64,000 nt of DNA, from the NCBI GenBank assembly GCA_000934665.2, contig KZ537980.1, positions 1 to 64,000 on the forward strand, written 5' to 3'. Source of the DNA: Catajapyx aquilonaris (Eukaryota). Below, in pieces: positions 42,501-56,129 of the stretch. The notes below the pieces were generated by a model that saw only the letters and a program-made list of their open reading frames with translations, was not told the origin of the DNA and searched no databases. Position 1 is the stretch's first letter. Each line of letters starts with the position of its first letter. The position numbers and the translations under genes were made by a program.

Positions 42501-45500
42501 CTCAAAAGTGCCATATCCCAAAATATATACCATCCTGCTCACCCCTTGCAGTGTTATTATTGGACCTACGGTACCCTTTCCGGATCATATACTTTGATTC
42601 GCCCCCGGCAAGGAGCATTTGAGTTACAAAGTTTCTGTACAAAAAGCAGATATTTTATGTAAGTTTATGCAAAATTTGGCAGCACAGAAGACTGTATCAA
42701 TAAAATTATATTTTATGAGGGCCACACAGCTATTATAATATTCAACTGGATCTCGCATTATGGCCTTTTAAAAAAAGTTCACCAACTCTACACTACAGCC
42801 TGTAGAGACTGGACTTTCATTATGCAGCAGACTCACAATCACGCAGGCAGTCCAGAACTCCGGATCCTTCAAGGAATAAAATTATTATGAATTCAGAAGA
42901 AGCGCGAGACTGCTATGCCCCAGTAAAAATGTGACAAGTGACTTAAAACATTTATGGTTCCCAGTTACAGGGCAAAAGTTTGCCCTTTCAGTATGCAAAT
43001 CTACGCAAAATGTGGGGAAAAACCGCAGCAGTCTGAGGTCAGACGAACTCAAGCTGGTTGGGGGGAAAAAAACATTCTCAGGTGTTTTGTAACCGCGAAC
43101 TTTGCAAGCAAATGTGCCAACTCTTTTCTGGCGTTATATGCTCTAAGGCCCCTAACGCATCAAATTTGGCATCGATCAGTTCGGTCCAAGTAGCACCACG
43201 GCCCCCGCCGTTTTGTGACGGTCCGTCCAAATTGTGTTACGCTCCATTCTCAGCCCAAAGTCAATACCGCAGGGCGTGGTAAGTGCCTCTTCTCCACCCC
43301 AACGCTCCCAAACACCACATCACATAGTCATTCCCAGTGACAAAAATGGGGATTTCTGCCGGCTGGCTCACTCCTGGACCTATCCTGGCTCTAAACTTAT
43401 ATCATTTTCCATGGTATGAAGGATAATGCAGCTTTAATCCTGTGAGGTCGGTCTACCTGGGCTTAGCTACATTACAGTACCTTCCAGTGGCTATCTGTAC
43501 AGTGCAACTGCCACAAACTATTATATAGAGAAACGGCAGGTGGGTAACCCTACACCCTGAGTAATTAATGCACAGCTCCCGGACTTTCTAAGCCAGCATT
43601 ATTTTGCTAATAAACTCCTAAGCATTAATTGCTATAACTTAAACATTCAAGAAATTCTTTACACGCCCATCTCCAATAATTTGCAATGTAAGAAGAGTCT
43701 TAAAAACTCATTAAAATGTGCGCAAGATCAATATTAGCTTGCTCCCATTTTAAAAAACTCCCTGGCTGATAGGGCCTTACTGCTCTCAGACCATCAATTA
43801 ATGTTGATAAACGAGCGCATCGAAATTCCCCTCTCGTGTGTACAGAGTGTATTATAGGCCCACAAATATTTGGTACTAACTATGTAAAAGTCTGAAAATT
43901 ATCAGATTTTCCATGCATACACATGAGGTCCCCGCATGTTTTAACGTGTTAATGCCCCGAAATATTTATAACCCCGTGTATAATTCAGCACTTGCCAATT
44001 AATATTATTGCCGCTCGCTAAATTCCGAGTTACATACTCATGTCTTGCAGATGGCAGTCCTTTGAGGCCCACTCTTTTCATTTCCCAAGCTCGAGTGATG
44101 TGTGGGTTTTAAAAGGAAGCGCACCCACTGCCTTTTATACCGACGCATCATTTGAGTCTCCTCCAAGGCCCTACCAGGCATGAAATTTTTGAGCAGCCCG
44201 AGCAGGAGCTTAGGAAGACTTCAGGCATTAGTCGTATCAATCGCGGAGAAAATCTCCCCGTCGGATCCTCCACCTGGGATCGACTTGGTCCAACTTCCAC
44301 GTTATTAGCAAGTGCAGCGGAAGAAAGCCTGCTCTTTCTGCTTTCAGATAAGGCCCGGCCCGCCTCGGAGCAACCAGCCAACAAAAACCGGGCCTCCCTC
44401 CCTACCTCCCAATTCCACCCCCCTCCCCACCTCCCCTCTCATCCGCCCAGCTTCTGAATCTCATCCCCGTCATAAAACCTCATTCCTGCCCAAAAAGCCT
44501 CTTGGTCCCAGCCGCCATTGTTCTCATGCACCAAACCAGATAAGAACAGCCCTGGCACAAACTCCACCAACTGATACAAGCTCCTAATCGTCTCCCTAAA
44601 TTCCGCCTGATCCCACCAGCTTGTATGTATAGCTCTTACACACATTATTTTTTTAGTGCGACCCACCCTTGTAATATGCCAGCCGAATTACGGTAAATGA
44701 CAGCACAGTAATTATTTTCAAACCGTTTCGTACACACAATGAGGAAGCCGCACATTAACGGTACCTGCTCAAAATAGTCCGCATGTTGATTTCTTCAAAC
44801 TTCAGTTGTCTCAGTTGTAACTCACCCTGTGCCGCCGATACAAGGGGTGTTAGGAGGACATTCATAATGGGTGAGAAGGAAGTGGGCCCACATCCCCTCC
44901 ATACCTAGTGGGCATTTCTAATTCATGCGGCCAATTTGAAGGCAAGCAAGGAAGTGGGCGAGAAAGAAAATTACCGGCTCCTCAATTATGGAAGTGGGCA
45001 GGGAGAACTGACAATGTAGCAGTGCGACAAAAAGGTGCCTGTGCGTATCGTAAATCTCCACCAAACTAGTGACCGGAGGGGCCCCCACCGTTTTGTTCCT
45101 GGCTAATGGCCAAAGTCGCCTGTCCCTCTGCGAGTTGTTGTGGGAGGGGATGGATGAATCCCAGTGTTTCAAACGCTGTTTTACGCCCACAGGCTTTTAC
45201 ATGATGCCAGCCCATGTGCTTTACCTGCTGCCCTTGTCACCCCTCCGAAATTCCGGAACGCGGTGTATAATTACCTCCCGCACATATAGGCCGTCCTTCA
45301 GAAGTGCGTAATGATCAAATGGCCTTACGGTCGGCTTTAATTATTTAGGCCTGATATAGATTCCCCCTCGCCTCTGCGCAATTTTGGCCAAATATGTAAT
45401 AATGCAGCAGGCATAGGCTTCTTTGTGCTGCACATTAATATATTAACAGAGTTGCCTGCTGGCTAGCTCCCGTGAAATATATACATGATATCTGTCTATA

Positions 45501-46879
45501 GATTTGATTTACTGCTTCAGGGATCCCCATTTCATATACCATATGCACACACATCATCCTATAGGACGTTGCAGGACACATGAATATGTCTTACACGAGC
45601 CGCCCTTCCTTTATTTGCGCCCCATTCACTGTACACGTCCTTGTAAAGAAGGAAGTGGAAACTAAAACCGACCCACCCTTCGCTTTGTCCTTGCCTAAAA
45701 AAGTACGCGATGCGGATGGATCTCCTTTCTGCGTCCAGATGGAAACGAGGCAAATTGCTCAGAGTGCAGGGATGGCCCCTCAGCTATCCCACGCAATTTG
45801 CCCAATCACCCTTCCACTTGATTCATTTATAACCGGGCAAAGTTTGCTGTAAGCCTTGGCTGCAGAGTGCTGTTCTCCGTCGTGTAATTGACCGCCCCGA
45901 GGTTTTACTCCCATCAGTACGCGTCGGTAAGCAGCGCTACTTCACCTTGGACAGTGTCAACACTCCAGTTACCCGAAGTAACACTGAGTGTTTCCCAGCT
46001 CCAAGCTGGGTGGAAAAAAGGGTATCCTCGAACCGACCGCAAAAGTCTAAAAACGGTTGTCCCGTGAAATTGGAGCTACCGCAATGCTTCGTGATCGCAA
46101 AGGTGAGAAGAAAACCAGTCCTTGGATATGGTTCGGTTGACATGCCACCGTAAAAATTGCACAGTTCCAGTGTTGTTTTTTTTGTCATCCTCTCAGAACA
46201 AAGCCTCTGCCTTGGTTTCTCAAAAGCCGAGCGTCCACACGAGAGACAACTTCTTTTCCACATGACAGCACTGTCCCTTCCCTGTGACTTTGACATCCTC
46301 AAGTTCTCGCTTTCGGACCTGCTTTGATCATAGCCCCGGCCTAGAAATCAAGGAGTTGGCTCCAAAAGAACCGGCCCATTCACAAGGGAAACCCGGAGAC
46401 TTGAGAAAAGCCTGGCCAACTTCAAACTGACAGGGACCACGTGGCCACGGAAACAACTGTCAAACTTGTCTCCGCTCCTAAACTACAACTCTATTCCAAC
46501 TTTTTTTTTGCACGTCCCATACCTCGAATGGACAGTGTTTTGCATCAGATTGACACTGACACAAGCGGGGAGGTCCTATTTTGTCCCGCATTCATGCCGC
46601 ATGTCCGCAAAAGCGCGCTAACGAGGCTTGTGCTGCCTTGCCGCAGAGAATCAAAAGCTCGTTTGCAAGGCGGCAAACACTGGCAGGCATCACATCCAGC
46701 AAGGCCCCCTGAATCCAGCCACTTTGCCGCTGCCAACTACCCACCCTTTCTCCTACTTTGCCAAATCCAATTTGCCAGCCTTCCCTCCGTCCTTGCACTT
46801 ACACTCCCTCGTTTCTTCCCATTTACCTGGCTATCTACCCTTTAATGGATCGCGCAGTTATCACATGAGCGACACTGAC
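33584..46879 (-). other. Intron between coding exons 1 and 2 (13,296 bp, GT-AG, phase 0)
   Basis: Bounded by the GTCAGT donor and the TTGCAG acceptor. The protein is collinear with family members across the junction, so no extra coding exon is needed. Confidence 0.85.
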
Positions 46880-47254
46880 CTGGAAATCGAATTTGGGCAT
46901 CTCCTCGCTGGTGTCCACGTCCGTCCTGGATGGCTGGATGTCCGGGCAGTTTTCCGGTGTCACCCGAAAGTCCTCCTCGGACAGGATGTACTCGGCGTTG
47001 GAATCGGTGCCGGTGCTGGCCGCAGATGATGGCACAGGTCGCTGCATCCGCTTCTGCTGACCCGGCGACTGCGTTTCTCCCAGGGTGTTGTCGTCCCCTT
47101 TCAACCCCGATGTCTTGGACGCCCTCAGCTCCTTCGGCGACAAAGGTCCAGCCACACTTCCGTGGTTCACATAGTAGGCCAGAAACAGCAGGGAAGCCAG
47201 TAGGCCCGACAGTAGCAGGTACCGCGCCGAACTGCGTCTGAACGCCTTCAACAT
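46880..47254 (-). CDS. alpha-Man-IIb: First coding exon of a Golgi alpha-mannosidase II-like protein (GH38, arthropod alpha-Man-IIb/ManIII type): cytoplasmic tail, transmembrane anchor and stem
   Basis: ATG in ACC-ATG context. Encodes MLKAFRRSSAR (short basic tail), YLLLSGLLASLLFLAYYV (single TM), an S/T/P/G-rich stem, then CPDIQPSRTDVDTSEEMPKFDFQ. It ends at a phase-0 donor CAG|GTCAGT (GT at 46879-46878); 375 nt = 125 codons. From recall, the C..(D)T....(K)FDFQ motif continuing into PSW..KEYWD matches insect Golgi mannosidase IIb/SfManIII N-termini. No database search was run. Confidence 0.88.
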
Positions 47255-47800
47255 GGTTCAAACAGTCAGATGAAAAACTTGCGACAACAAAAATCCTCCC
47301 CGTCACATGCCCGGATCCACTCGCCACACTCTACACTCCATCACTGACTCAACCCATCAGTGTGTATAGTACCGCCACCTCCGAGGCCCGCAGCCAGTCT
47401 GGTGCCCGGTGCGTCCCGGCCGCTGGTTAATAACCGTGTGGAAGGACGGCTCTGAGAGAAGGTTCCGCGCCGGTCCAACCCTGACGTCACCAGGCCTCTT
47501 CGGCGCAGCAGCACACACCAACACTCGGAATTCCTCTTCGACGGACCCCCACCACCCCCGCGGACAAATCGATGCCACTTTACGACCTGCGGCCGCCCCA
47601 ACGCCTCTTTGCCCACGACAAACAAAGAACTCGCATCCTCGATATTCCCCGAGTCCTCTTCTTCGCGTCCGGGTCTGCTTCCGGATCTGCAATGGAGATT
47701 ACAGGCATGGGATTATTCGTGACCCGCAGTCTCATCGTCAGCCTTGATAAGTAAAAGAAGAAGAAGAAAAAAAAATTGAAGCACGCAACAAGAACTGAGT
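47255..47800 (-). promoter_or_regulatory. GC/CpG-rich putative 5' UTR and core promoter of the mannosidase gene
   Basis: Visibly CpG-dense compared with the flanks. A minus-strand TCAGTT (arthropod Inr consensus TCAKTY) sits at 47793-47798 at the edge of the GC-rich block. A perfect TGACGTCA palindrome is at 47482-47489. The TSS is inferred only. Confidence 0.4.
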
Positions 47801-49038
47801 TGTGCAACTTGTGGCCTTCAGAGCGCGTTGGCCTAGTGCGAGTGCATGCCTGGATGAACAACCTGTTCTGGTGCATGGGAAGCTGGGCGTAGTTTGCGCC
47901 AAACCGGCTGCTCCAGGAAATGTGTATTTTATTAAGGTGGCTGGGACAAAAACCTGGCCGAAACTAGTTTGTTTTTTATCATCTTCATATTGATGTCCAA
48001 TTCGCGTAATCAAATACGAGTGGATGCATGAAGGTATTAATGTCTAAGGCTTGGTCATATTATAATGCATACCCAGGCAACTCGTCATTAAAAAGTGCGT
48101 ATACTCAATTGGAGGTTTATTAATTTATACATTTAACAACGGCACCTTTGTTGAGTTGATGCAAATCTAGCACATAATACATGTGTGCATGTCAACATTG
48201 CCCTACTCTCTATAATACTGTGCAGTAACCGCATCATTTTAACAAAAATATGCATATATGAATTTAGGGCAAGGATTTACAATTATAATAATTATGTAAA
48301 CACCTCGGTTTACGCATTCTTCTGCTTTCTGACCATGACGGCTGGAGCAGTTAAAATCGAGTTACAACAACACTGCAAGAATCCCTGGTCTATACTGGCA
48401 CCCCCTAATATAATCCGTGCAGAGTTGATTATTATGAACAGACCGCTGCTCCTCTTATCGCACTTGGCACATTATCGTGTCGGTTTTGGGCCGTTAGCTG
48501 GCTCAATCAGGAGGAAAATCTCATTCCGGGGGACCGCTAGGCCTATCAAGAGTGACACGGTTAAGCAATCACTATGCTAAGCATTGACTCATCAATTTTA
48601 ATACAGGACAAAAGAGGTCCCTAGACCCAACTGATGAATGAGATGAGGAAAGAGCTTTTTATACATCCACCACACACACGCACAGACACACACTGAACTC
48701 CCGCATCTGTCACGCTTCCTTTAGCAGACGACAGTTACTTGACCTCACCAGTTAATCTGCAACGTTACACTGCAAGTCGTCGTCTCCCCCAAGAAAATTC
48801 GTAATAAGAAATGCGAGCAGCCGGCCCGGAAGCAACTAAGGAAAATCGAGAATGCAACATACCCTGTAGAGCATAATTGAAAAAAAACTTGAGCCAATTT
48901 CTTCCCCCCCCCCCCCAAAAAAAAGAGGAAGAAAAAGCAAAAAGCAAATGAGGAAAGTGGCCACACAAGCCTTATCCACAAACTCCTAAGGGTATAAGGC
49001 CCTTCCCCCAGTCCAATTTGCATTGGGGGAGAAATAAG

Positions 49039-49149
49039 NNNNNNNNNNNNNNNNNNNNNNNNNNNNNNNNNNNNNNNNNNNNNNNNNNNNNNNNNNNNNN
49101 NNNNNNNNNNNNNNNNNNNNNNNNNNNNNNNNNNNNNNNNNNNNNNNNN
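49039..49149. other. Assembly gap (111 N), followed by a G20 run (49150-49169)
   Basis: Run of N characters. Confidence 0.99.
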
Positions 49150-52100
49150 GGGGGGGGGGGGGGGGGGGGATGTCATGGGCACTATCCCGCAGAGTCGATT
49201 TTAGAAGTTAGAACGAGTTTGAGCGACACCGTTCCGCCCTTCCAAACTTTTTGAGTCAACAAGTAGCGTGATTTGATTTCATGGTTTTGGACTCGGGCCT
49301 TATCCGGACTCATTATGTTTTAGCGTGTAAATTAGCTGGGCAGTTACAGGGGGATTCAAATGGGGATTTTGTCCCGATCCTTTGCAGGATGCTGCCAGGG
49401 GTAATTAGACACTACATAATCCCCTAATAATTACAGTAAGTATGGGAATGTACAGTAGAGATTTTTTTCATACTTAATTTCACTTTATATCGCATTCCTT
49501 TGCCATAATACACTCAAATGAGGATCAGGTGTAACCACGCACTGAAACCGCCCCTACTTTAGCACAGGAAACTAATTGCTCGCTAAATCTATAGCGTCAA
49601 GGCCGGAATATTAAAACCAAGTTGAATCCGCTTAATCATAAAAAGCGCCACTCTTGCCTTGTTTGACAAATAGTCCATCCGTTTTCCATTTACCTGAACA
49701 AACATCCCCGGCTATATACGTATTAAAAAAGGTCCCAGCTCCAATCATTAGAACAACCAATCTTAATCTACATCAAGCCAGCTACAAAAAAATCCATTAA
49801 TCATCCATGTTGCCAATATGAAAATATTTCCCGTCCGCATGTTTATCCTTCGCTCCGACATGGCGACCATTGTGATGTTAGCCAATGCACAACTGTTTCC
49901 ACAAGCCCGTGGAACCACTATCCTGCGTATATGGGAACCATCAGTGACCAATAGGAAACCAGCGCAAATGTCAATTAATACCTGGTATCAAAGCAACGAT
50001 CTGCTTATTTTGCCAAAACTTTTATTCGCAACATTGCACAGTTGCGCCAGAACTAACAACAATCCGCCTGTATCCCAAATAGTGCCAGTATTTTTTCATT
50101 TTTCATATTCATAAAAAAATAGATAAACACAGGAAGCATGCCAGCAATTCAATGAAATTGCAGGTACTGTATGTCACGAGATGTTCATACTAAATAATTC
50201 TGGTTTTTGGCAACCTGGCGACTATACTTTATTACGCCTGCGTACTGTCGCATATACTTTTGAGTGCAAGCCCTGGTCGGGCAGCAATCCTGCTTTTCCA
50301 ACCTGCATATTAGTATTTATTACCCCCGGAGTTTTAACCCGACTCCATTCCACCAGTAAGCTCTTAATGGCCTTGTAATTTTAAGGTGCCATATCGCTTT
50401 GCAAAAGAATTGCGAATTATGGGAATACAAAACCTCTTAATTACGAAATACGAGCACTTGGCACTTTGCATCGCAATTTCTGAAGGCGCGGAAACAGACG
50501 CTCGTAACTATCAAATTGCCGACTCTCTAAGTGTGCTAGCAGTGAGCATGAGGCTCCTAATGCTCTCTCTCTCTCTCTCCTTGGGAATCAATATTTCGCG
50601 CAAATGCACCCCCGAAAAAGCAGTGTAGATAGGAGAAAACCCTTCCAATCAACCCGGCACGTTCTCTTCACAACTGCAGTCCGGCAAAACCCAAGCCCTC
50701 CTCTTCTTCCCTGAGTGATTGACGCTAATGAAAGCCCTGTGATTTGATCTCCTGGCCAATTTACTCCCCTAGACCCTCCTCTTCAGATCAGATATTATCT
50801 GAGCCCCCCCCCCCCCCGCAAAAATCGCTATTTGCATGCGGAATCGCTCGGGAACAATACTCTGGCTTTGTTGTGGTTCCAAGATGAGTGTTGAATTTTT
50901 AATTGCGCTTCTACCAGCATCTCGCCTCTCTGATGAAGGTTATTCCGCCCCCCCCCCCCTTCACGAACATCCAACACATCCCTAAATGAATTTTGCACAC
51001 CTGCATCCANCCCCCCCCCTTGCCAAAATCATTGGCGGGGCATGTGCTATATATACGAGACCTGAAGTTTTAATCAGCACCACAGGCTAATTCCTTGCTG
51101 CTCACAGCCGCCTGACACTCTTTGGTCTTTAATGACCCCTTTCGAAAACTGTGACCCAGAACAAATATTATTACAGTGCCAACAATGAAACACATCCGCC
51201 TACAGTACGCTCAATTTAACAGCCCTCATACGTCATACGATGAGGTCAATCGCTCAGAGTCAGAAGCATGTTCTAAAGCAATAAATAGAGGCAAATATAC
51301 AAAATGTCACAAATTAGACTGTTTCTGAATACAGCACAATACCATTTGGTTAAAACTGTCAGCCGAACGAACGCAACAGTTTCATTCACATAGCTGCACG
51401 AAAGCGACGTAAATGTAACAATTAAAGTCAGACCAAGTTAGTCCGGACTCAGACATGTCCGGCCGCGAAAATGACACCCGGTCATAAATACTCACACTAT
51501 TTTTTTTTCGTAGTTCTCTTTTTTTCCCTGTACTTTATTGGAGAAGTAGAGTGGTGGAGGCTAAGCGGTTGATTGCAGGCAGCGCGCATTTGGCTTAATT
51601 GCTCGTGATTTACGGCCATGCAAACATCCTCGTCGTGCGCCTACCCTGGTAATTTGGAGTGTTCTGCAAAATAAGCCGAAATTTTACAATAGTTGGTGGG
51701 CACCGTATTTTATATTTGCACTGCCCGCAAAATTGCAACGCGAGCCACCCTACATTCAATTGCAACTCATTACTTGTAAAATGTACAGTGAAGTACATAT
51801 GCTGTAAACACGCGCATATATACGTAACTGCTAGAAGCGTACAGTCTTATCGGAAAAGAGATTTAAGTGCCTTCTGTCGTGATGCAAATGAAACAGGCTT
51901 AAGTCCAGGTGAAGTGTGCAAGACCCCGGCAAAGCCCTCTACACGTTTCTTCCGCTCGTCTCCTGGGTTTAATTGTAAGCCCCAAAAATTATCCGGGTGT
52001 CACGTACGGCAACAGAAACCAACTCAAAAAGCATTACAACTCTCCTGCAGTGTGTAAGACCCAAGTAAAGCTCGGAAACATGCCTCACTCTCTAGCTCGT

Positions 52101-55100
52101 GGTAAAAAAAACTTTCTGGGGGATCTCTTTGCAGCTGCGTTATTAATATTCCAGGCATATCAATTTTTTCGCAGATCAGTGCGTGCGCCTTGTGTTGGTT
52201 TTTCCGGAGAATCTATTACGTGAAGGGCTGACAGTTACAGAGTTCTCGCGATGGATAGACACTGCCTCGCCCATTCTTCTGCATGAATAATACAGTCGTT
52301 GTGGGAAGGACTACCTCCGTCTTTTGCCATCAGACAACTGAATCACTTTTCTCCCACTGGATATCGTACTATTGCCAGCGGAAACGAGTACAACTGCGGA
52401 GCAATTTGGCGTAGTACTTAAAGGTGGATATAAAGTGAATCGTGCATTTGCCTTAAAAACCGATAGTCGCTTGAAATAAATTTTCACACAAAAATTTTTT
52501 CTGTGTATTATATTTCAAAAACATTCAACTCGAGGAGAAACCTTCATGGATAGGAAATGTGTCTGCATATTTCGTATATGCAAACTTTTTGCTGACTATA
52601 ACTAATTGCGCATTATCCATATAGTCAAAGGAGCACTATCTCGAATCGATCCTCAAGAGAGTATAATTAACAAAGTCGTCCTTCCAAGTGGGAGGAAAGT
52701 CTGTGGCCATAAATAATTTGCTGTTTAATGCACAGCATTACCCGGCTTACGTTGTGTGGCAAGAGATTACCAGGATTTCGTAGCACATGACAAGAGCAGC
52801 AAGTGCAAATCCAGGCACCCCTCCAATTCTCTCACTCGTCGCGGGCTTTTCCCTCAAAAATCCAGGGGGGTTTCAAAATGTTCCAGGAATGAGCCAGGTT
52901 ATTTTCCACCTTATCAACCCCACCTTTGTAACGAGAAAATTTTCGGATCTGAGAGCTCATTTGGATCCAACCTTATCATCTCCAAGGGGAATTATTCACA
53001 TATTTCTCCACCTCGACTAGATCAATTTTTTTCTCTCTCTCCCCATTTTTAGAATTCAAATAAATACTCCTAATCTGGGCTCCAGCGTTGATGCTTCTTC
53101 TTGCCTCGCCGTTTTGTCATTTTCTTCGCACTGACAGCCTCTAATATCAACTCGGCGGGTTATTCATCTTGGCATTTATACTACCTAAAAGGGTTGCTGC
53201 CTCAGGGCGATGGAGTTGGGCACACCCCACACAAAATGCTCCATTTGACTCTTCCTCCTCATCTCGATTTTTTTTCTGTTATGGAATGGCCTTTTTATGC
53301 GGGCCCTACCTCAAAAAATGGGCGGAAACCCCCAAAAGCCGACAGGTTTTGTGTACCCCAGCCTTGCGTCTCATGAAAAATGGAGTGTATCCGCGCTCGT
53401 TCGAGTACTATCACCATATCGGAGCTGAGTTTACTAACTCTGCAATTAAGGCGCTGAGCACCTATAGGCTGCTCTTGAAAGATTCAGAAGAAGTACCTCC
53501 TTCATAAACCACATTCAATAACTGCTAGATCCAATCAGGTGATATGTGATACTTGCTACGTTGTACGTCGATCAATAAGCAAAGTTCTCATATACAGTAA
53601 TGTCAGCATTGTAAAAATATTTTCAGTATAATGCATGGTGTTAAAAATATTCTGCGAGGCACTCGCACCCTGCTAACATGTTATTGCAACACTGAGGCGT
53701 ATACGGTACAACTACAGAATAATATAGCAGCATGTATTATGCGGCGTCAACTCCCACGTGCAAATTAAAAATAATTCCTGCATGAGGCCTAATTTACAGA
53801 AAAAGTCACACTTTCGAGTTGAAACCTACTCTGGGGGAATTTCGCAGCCCTCGAATTCCTTGCAAATAACCCAGCCACATAACAGTCGAACCAACTGGAA
53901 AGACCCGTAGGAGGCTAATGGACGGTGGTATCCTTGGACATTTTTGCGGGGTACAGGGGGAGCTCTCAGGGCCGGCCAGCTCGGACTGAATGCGAGTAAA
54001 GCCCCGAGTGTTGAGCTATATTTGCAAGACTGAGCCGAGGAAGAAGAGTGTGAAATTGGTGAAGAGGGCAAATGGTGGGGGAGTGGAATAAAACAGACGG
54101 CGGCAGTGGGCGAAATTACATTTCCGGCGGCGAGCTGAGATTCATCTGGACTTGCAGGGCGACAGCTGCCCAAACCAGAAGCCCAGCTTGACTGCATTAC
54201 ACACCTCGCACAACGCACTCAGCTTTGCTCCTCCGCCACCTCTATATCAAAATGAACCTCTAACCAGATACGCCGGCTGGAAGCTGGCAAGCATATACTC
54301 TGCTGGGTGCAAGGTTTTGGAAGAAATGAAATCCCAGTGAAAACAACAGTTCAGTTTTGTTACACACTGTATTTTTTAAAATTAATAAACGACTATACAC
54401 ACTTCAACAAATATGGCCGTTGGTTTTAATCGAAGCAACGTATAGGCTATCTGTCTTTAGTATCCAATTAAACAGAAAATGCCGCAAAATGAACGATTTT
54501 AATTATAATTATGGTGCAATATTAAATTTACGGTTGGGTTGTCAAAGTTTAACTAACGCATGTACAGTGCAAGTATGAAGTAGGATAAGAAAAATTGGGC
54601 TCATTCAGCCCCAAGCAGGTTTGGCTGTGCAATTTTAATTGCGGTACCTCAATATTATTATAATAAAATGAGCCTGGAGTTGAGAGGTTTCGAAACTTGT
54701 GTTGTTATATCCAGGCAGTTTCGACAGCAGGGGGAAAATGCAATGTGTGAGGTTTAAATCATTTAAAAGTTTAAGAATGTGTATAGCATACCCTATACCT
54801 GAATGTTAAGGTGATCAGATGCCACATACTGCACATTGTTGCTGGTACTCTTGATTTCCTCTACACTGTGAGTGCCACCATCAGTTGCAGTATAGGCTCG
54901 TCAAGTGAGAATGTGCGGCAGGTAATTGACACCCAAAGGATGTAAGGTATGCGAAAGAAAGGGTGCCCCCAATAATGTGACTGTTACTCAAAACCCTCGT
55001 TGTTTTGCCATTTAAATATTTTCATACAGATGCCTCGGAAGTTTACTGAAAGACACACCAACCAAATGTTCCTTCTGTAGAAATATTTTAATGGCACACC

Positions 55101-56103
55101 TGGCAAAGCTCCAGCTGAGGATAACAGTTTCACTAGACCACAGCAGAGAGCCAAGAAACGGATCATTCAAGATTACACTTTCCAGATAATGTTTGTTCCC
55201 ATCAATAACAATTGTACCGATCCGAGCATCCAGTAATTACGCATCTTTTTAATTAACCGGCAAGTACAAATCCGACCCAGAAGTTGGCAAAATGTCACTG
55301 GGCCAAATTTACTGCCCAGCACCGAATGTTAATTACGGCTGCCACATGGCGGATGCGGACAAATGCGCGCCATGTATACAGGGCATGGAATGTTGTGTAC
55401 GCGACGCAATATTCGGCCAAGCAGATATGCCCATACTGTTATTATAGCCTTTCCCCACCTCCAATCTGCAGCTCCTGTCCATCGATACCGCTGTTCCCAT
55501 CATGTAATTTTCATTACCCGCTGTACGCGCATTAATTAGGCCCATGTATAACACTGGTTCACCAGCGAAACAGCCAAAAAGGTGTGCGTGCAAATGGCCT
55601 TATTTGTACGTTCCCCCTTTATGCACGTGACGGACCGCAGGCATAATTTTGCTTTTTGTTACTGCCTGTCAATAGTGTCTAATTAGAGTAAATACCTCCA
55701 TACATAACTCACAAGTGCAACGAGTTACACCAACAAGCACGTCACGTTCAAACGGCCTCAATGCACGTTGAGCATCTGAGCAAAAGGTCACAAACGCAAA
55801 TAAATTTTAGGCATGATCCTTGTTAAAAGTAGGCCTACCATTGTTATTGTAACTTGTTTATAATGGCAACAATTTTGAACCTGAAAAAATCGGAGTATAA
55901 AAAATAAGAATTTAGCCTAGACATTAAATGAAAAAAATTGTTGCGATTAGGTAAACAGAATATTTATAAATTATTTTCAAAATAATGCTCACACTTCTGA
56001 AATGTGACCATGTCTGAGGTCAACAGTCAGGACAGGATTGATTGAATCACAGCATTGCCATTCATATCTTAGTATTGTTGTAGGCCTACCTCAAGATCTC
56101 CAC

Positions 56104-56129
56104 ATGTATGTATGTATGTATGTATGTAT
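56104..56129. repeat. (ATGT)6 microsatellite
   Basis: Directly visible tetranucleotide run. Confidence 0.9.

Noticed and set aside
46835..46879. C-terminal VSVAHVITARSIKG of the 139-aa ORF
   Set aside because: Read-through into the intron past the CAG|GTCAGT donor; family similarity continues in exon 2 instead.
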